Shown here: in pieces, positions 60,268 to 64,000 of the stretch
Layout of the letters: the number at the start of each line of letters is the position of its first letter
Numbering within the stretch: the first letter of the stretch is position 1
Virus record (IMG/VR): IMGVR_UViG_3300028883_000049
Location: 480-64,479 of that record
Strand: one strand, 5' to 3'
DNA length: 64,000 bases
Origin: a virus
Lineage: Duplodnaviria; Caudoviricetes
Translations under genes and position numbers: made by a program
The notes under the pieces: model-generated
The model's input: the letters and a program-made list of their open reading frames with translations, nothing else
Database searches by the model: none
What the model was told of the DNA's origin: nothing

Positions 60268-62263
60268 ATGTTCTTTCCGTCAACGTAATCGAATCGCTCA
60301 AACTGGATGATATGTTGTTAGCAGCATCCATCGCCCAGGCGTAAAGGGTTTTGCTGCCATAGCTGGAAAATGTGTAGCTGGTCTGTGCGCTTGATTGCCA
60401 GTCTGGATCTGATGTGCTCGGAGTTGTGGCTGATTCGTTCAGGAGGTAGTCAGTCACTGCGACATTATCCGTTGCAGTGAAGGTGTTGACTGAAACGGTT
60501 AAAGATGATCCAGTGGCCGGAATGTCGAATGCTGTGACTGTCGGGTCTGTTGTGTCTGCGCTCTCATTGACCGCCCAAACACCAAGCTCATCTATCCACA
60601 TTGACTCTGATACTGGAGCACCGTCACCAATATAAGGGGCAAGGGCTATTTTGTCCCATGTTGCCCCTTCATATTCGCCAGCGGCGTATAGGACACTCTC
60701 GCTCTCAATCGCTAAATCTTCGTCTACCCAAAGACGCATAATTCCATCAAAATTAGCCGTCCCAGATGTAAAAGTATTCAACTTTATGTAGGATGTGATT
60801 TTTGTCCAAGTGTTTGCAGGGATGCTTACGCTGCTGGATTTCCATGTGTTTGCCGAATACCAGCCACCTGAAGAATAACAACTTCCAGAGGTTGCCCCTG
60901 TTTCTGCATACGGTGTATTACACTGATTTGCAGACCTGGCTTCTGTTACAGAGGTCAAATCTTGTGGCGGTGTGCCTTCAGTGTCATTTACTCTCATCAT
61001 GTCTTGATGAGCGATCTGAGGGTAATTTGTATAAGGGCTGCTAGTATCTGCAAGCGCTTCAAAATAAAGATTACTGTTCGACCCTGCAAAACCCTGATAG
61101 GCCGTATCATCAGAAGATAGCACATGTATTAAGTGCGGGTGATACGCTTGCCCTGATCCTTGCCAGCCAGTATCATATTTAACATAGTATTCAATCAAAA
61201 ATTCGTCTGTTTCGGCAGACAGATTGTTTCTGATTGCACTAAACCCTGTTGGCTGCGTCGCAGAGCTTGCCCACGTCCATTTCAGAGCATTACCTGAATA
61301 GCCACCAGCCTCTGTGCCTGTCGATGTTGTCCCATCGTACCAACTGCGACTTGTCCAGCTATCATCCTCGAAGGATTCAGAAAATAGACTTGTTCCTTTA
61401 GTCGGTATTGTTGTTAGAGGCCCAATCCTTCCGGTTGCCGATATAGCATAGTCATCAAAATCAACAGGATTACATCCAGAACCATCTAATATCCACTCTT
61501 GGTTTGATCCGAGAAGGATTCCAGAAATACCAGTCACGGAAAAACTATCTCCACCAAAGTCAACACTTTGCTCATCAATGATCTTGGTGTCATCTATCCA
61601 CATTTCAGCAATGCCATCTGTTCCGTCCGTATCTATCTTTATATGTGCCTCGTAATAATGCCATTGACCATCGCCCTCTAAATCACTATTATTCATGACG
61701 GTCGCCCAACCCTGTGAAGATGTTGGGTTTGTCACCGATCCCATCCCCTGCTTTGCAAAGACAAAACCATCAGCACCAGCCCACTCAACAATGACTTCAA
61801 CGTCAGTTGAGAGTGGATACAAATCAATATAAAGGAGTTTGTCGTAATGTAAACCACTGTTTGGATCCCATTGTAGGGATGTTGGAAACTTCATGTACCA
61901 CCTCACCCAAATCTCGTCTGGGTGGTCATCAAGAAGTACATACAGCCCCCCGCTACCATCGTTAGACCCTTGTGGACTACCACCATCACCATACCAGTGC
62001 CGTTGGCCTAACCCACCACTACCGTTAGGGTTGTTTGCCGAAGAGGTTATTTGTTCATAATTTCCGCAAGAGTCTGGCTGCCCAAGTGCTTCCTGAACTC
62101 CACCACAATCAATGGGGTTTCTATAATTTGGATCGCTCTCGTCTTTTGTCCACTCCGTACACTCAGTTTCATCGAAACTTGTTGACCACGGCAAGGTGAC
62201 GCCAGCAAAAACTGTAAACGGGAAAAATAGCAGTATCAAATATATGAGAGCTTTATTCAGCAT
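60224..62263 (-). CDS. Secreted jelly-roll/Ig protein, second copy
   Basis: Protein identical to 4499-6538. Confidence 0.65.
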   Translation of the reverse strand: MLNKALIYLILLFFPFTVFAGVTLPWSTSFDETECTEWTKDESDPNYRNPIDCGGVQEALGQPDSCGNYEQITSSANNPNGSGGLGQRHWYGDGGSPQGSNDGSGGLYVLLDDHPDEIWVRWYMKFPTSLQWDPNSGLHYDKLLYIDLYPLSTDVEVIVEWAGADGFVFAKQGMGSVTNPTSSQGWATVMNNSDLEGDGQWHYYEAHIKIDTDGTDGIAEMWIDDTKIIDEQSVDFGGDSFSVTGISGILLGSNQEWILDGSGCNPVDFDDYAISATGRIGPLTTIPTKGTSLFSESFEDDSWTSRSWYDGTTSTGTEAGGYSGNALKWTWASSATQPTGFSAIRNNLSAETDEFLIEYYVKYDTGWQGSGQAYHPHLIHVLSSDDTAYQGFAGSNSNLYFEALADTSSPYTNYPQIAHQDMMRVNDTEGTPPQDLTSVTEARSANQCNTPYAETGATSGSCYSSGGWYSANTWKSSSVSIPANTWTKITSYIKLNTFTSGTANFDGIMRLWVDEDLAIESESVLYAAGEYEGATWDKIALAPYIGDGAPVSESMWIDELGVWAVNESADTTDPTVTAFDIPATGSSLTVSVNTFTATDNVAVTDYLLNESATTPSTSDPDWQSSAQTSYTFSSYGSKTLYAWAMDAANNISSSLSDSITLTERTFKKVGAVSIGGTIQ

Positions 62264-63998
62264 GGATGGCAACCCCTATCGCGACGTTACCTCCAGAAGC
62301 AGAAGTAAATGTTTTTGAAATGCTTCCTGACAAACCTGTTTGGTAGTATGCGCCGAGCGATGAACTGCCAGAAGAGTCATAACTTATCTGCGTCAATCCG
62401 TCATAATCACTCAAAGATATGCCTCCATCATCTGACCCAAAAAGACCTATAAATATATCAGCTGAAGAAGTTGTTACCGAGCCTGTGCTAACTGTCCCTG
62501 TCGCTGTGTTGGAGTTGTAGCCGCTTATTGACCAAGACCCTGATGTCTTTGAATATCGAGCAACAACAGCATTCAAATATGTCCCACCTGTTTGTCCAAA
62601 TGTGTAATCAGTTGGCTCGCTACCAGTTGCAATTTTGTAGGCAGTTGTCATGTTTGATGATCCGTTAGCAATGCCACCAGATGTAATCTCTGTGTAGCCA
62701 TCAAAGGTATCCCAAGCCCCTGACGCATCGCTCACAAGATAAGCAAACAGCAAATCGCCTTCTGTTGTACCCGTTGGTTTTGTCACTGTAATTGATTCAA
62801 CACCGCTGCTGGTGGCATTGGCGGCGTAGCTTTCATAGGCTAAAGTAACGCTCCCACTCTGCGTACTGTTATTCGTCACGCTCCCACTGGTGATCGAAGC
62901 AAGGTCATCCCCTGCAGAGTCTTCCCAACCGTCCCCAGGTTGTGTGTAGTCAACGTCACATGTATCGCCGCTATTAACTGTCGAACCGAGGGTATAAACA
63001 AGCGTGTCTGTCGTATCTCCGCTTGAGTAGGTCATGGTTATATCTGTTCCGGCTGTCGTACAATCGAGATTCCATCCACCATTTCCACCAGTACCGATAG
63101 TGATTGCTTCGGACGCAAGCAAGGAGATTGTCGCTCCGGTCGTTGGGATTGTGGCGCTGGTCAGCGTTGGTGGTGTTGGTGTTGGATTCGACCAGTCGGC
63201 AAATGTGACCGGGTAGCGATCCCATGAGTCTGTTGATTCGCAGAGATAGATATAACTGGTGTCGAATGATCTTTGTCCGGTCGTGCAAGTATCATCACTG
63301 TAAGTCGGAGCTGTGACATAACCAGATCCAACAGATACAGCGTCAACCTCGTCTTTTAGCTCTTCAATCGCGGCTTGGACATTGGCCGATGTGATTGTCA
63401 AATAGGTTGTAAATGGCACTTCACCAGCATTCTGATCATCCGTCCCCGCTGATAAGGGAGCCCAACTCGATCCGTTGTAGATCTGGAATACAAACGATGA
63501 ATCGAGGTAAACATCTCCAGCGGAGGGCGTGAATGTTGGCGCGATTGAATTGTAGAAATTAGCGTAATGCTCACCGTCTGAAGCGGAACTCTCAAAACTC
63601 GGGGCCGATACCGCACCGGTGAAAGTTGCTCCGGTTAAGGCTGCATAAGTGCTATCATGATTATGGCTCAATAAACTGTAAAGCCCGGCATGATCTCCCC
63701 ACCCGTAAGCTGCGTCCCAATTAGACTCCTGTGTTAATGTCGGAATGGCATACGTTGCCCCGTCAGCGATATCGTCAGCCGTTAAAGCGGCGATAGCTGC
63801 CGTTATTTCAGAGTCACGAGCGATGGCGGCGGCGATAGCGGCATCATCAATCAGGCCATCATCGTTGATGTCGTAGACGGATTTGAGCATGTCACCAGAA
63901 CCGCTACCGGCTTCATCCCTGACCTCCTGGATTGCTGCTTGTACGTTTGTCGCCGAGATACTGCCCTCCGGGGTAAACGGAACACCCGCAGCCGACTG
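62253..63998 (-). CDS. Fibre/adhesin-like protein of phage A; C-terminus shared with 6528-8693, N-terminus different; runs off the window
   Basis: Frame open to the window edge (QSAAGVPFTPEGSISATNVQAAIQEV...GDMLKSVYD). Confidence 0.7.
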   Translation of the reverse strand, partial: QSAAGVPFTPEGSISATNVQAAIQEVRDEAGSGSGDMLKSVYDINDDGLIDDAAIAAAIARDSEITAAIAALTADDIADGATYAIPTLTQESNWDAAYGWGDHAGLYSLLSHNHDSTYAALTGATFTGAVSAPSFESSASDGEHYANFYNSIAPTFTPSAGDVYLDSSFVFQIYNGSSWAPLSAGTDDQNAGEVPFTTYLTITSANVQAAIEELKDEVDAVSVGSGYVTAPTYSDDTCTTGQRSFDTSYIYLCESTDSWDRYPVTFADWSNPTPTPPTLTSATIPTTGATISLLASEAITIGTGGNGGWNLDCTTAGTDITMTYSSGDTTDTLVYTLGSTVNSGDTCDVDYTQPGDGWEDSAGDDLASITSGSVTNNSTQSGSVTLAYESYAANATSSGVESITVTKPTGTTEGDLLFAYLVSDASGAWDTFDGYTEITSGGIANGSSNMTTAYKIATGSEPTDYTFGQTGGTYLNAVVARYSKTSGSWSISGYNSNTATGTVSTGSVTTSSADIFIGLFGSDDGGISLSDYDGLTQISYDSSGSSSLGAYYQTGLSGSISKTFTSASGGNVAIGVAIHAE

Positions 63999-64000
63999 GT

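Larger units (their letters stand above)
59559..63670 (+). repeat. Copy 2 of ~4.1 kb direct repeat
   Basis: Matches 3834-7945. Confidence 0.97.

Noticed and set aside
3834-63670. Duplicated fibre region as a diversity-generating retroelement (TR/VR) or shufflon
   Set aside because: No reverse transcriptase or invertase-flanked cassettes seen; the repeat is 4 kb and the differences are synonymous edge SNPs, not adenine-specific

Overview
The window is almost entirely temperate-phage DNA. PEP-CTERM and the tRNA-Ala target suggest a Gram-negative, possibly deltaproteobacterial host (inference). A ~4.1 kb cassette (PEP-CTERM gene, secreted lectin/lyase-like gene, 3' part of a fibre-like gene) occurs twice in direct orientation, at 3834-7945 and 59559-63670, exactly 55,725 bp apart. 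Between the copies lies one complete, non-redundant podovirus-like gene set ('phage B'): head, terminase, replication, immunity, tyrosine integrase, an intact attP-like tRNA-Ala(GGC) 3' half, amidase, a 3737-aa polyvalent virion protein and tail genes. The flanks look like a second phage ('phage A'): large serine recombinase, an attP-like site with a tRNA 5' fragment and its own sigma70 promoter, a class 3 lipase, and a different fibre N-terminus. The layout fits two phage circles joined through the shared cassette, either as a real cointegrate or as an assembly join. The most notable system is in phage B: an ADP-heptose pathway (gmhA, hldE, gmhB; no hldD) among the early genes, plus a methyltransferase-GT9 heptosyltransferase fusion just after the capsid gene and just upstream of Ser/Thr-rich, signal-peptide-bearing fibre-like proteins. 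This suggests phage-directed heptosylation of virion or surface proteins. All product calls come from motif recognition by eye; no database searches were run.
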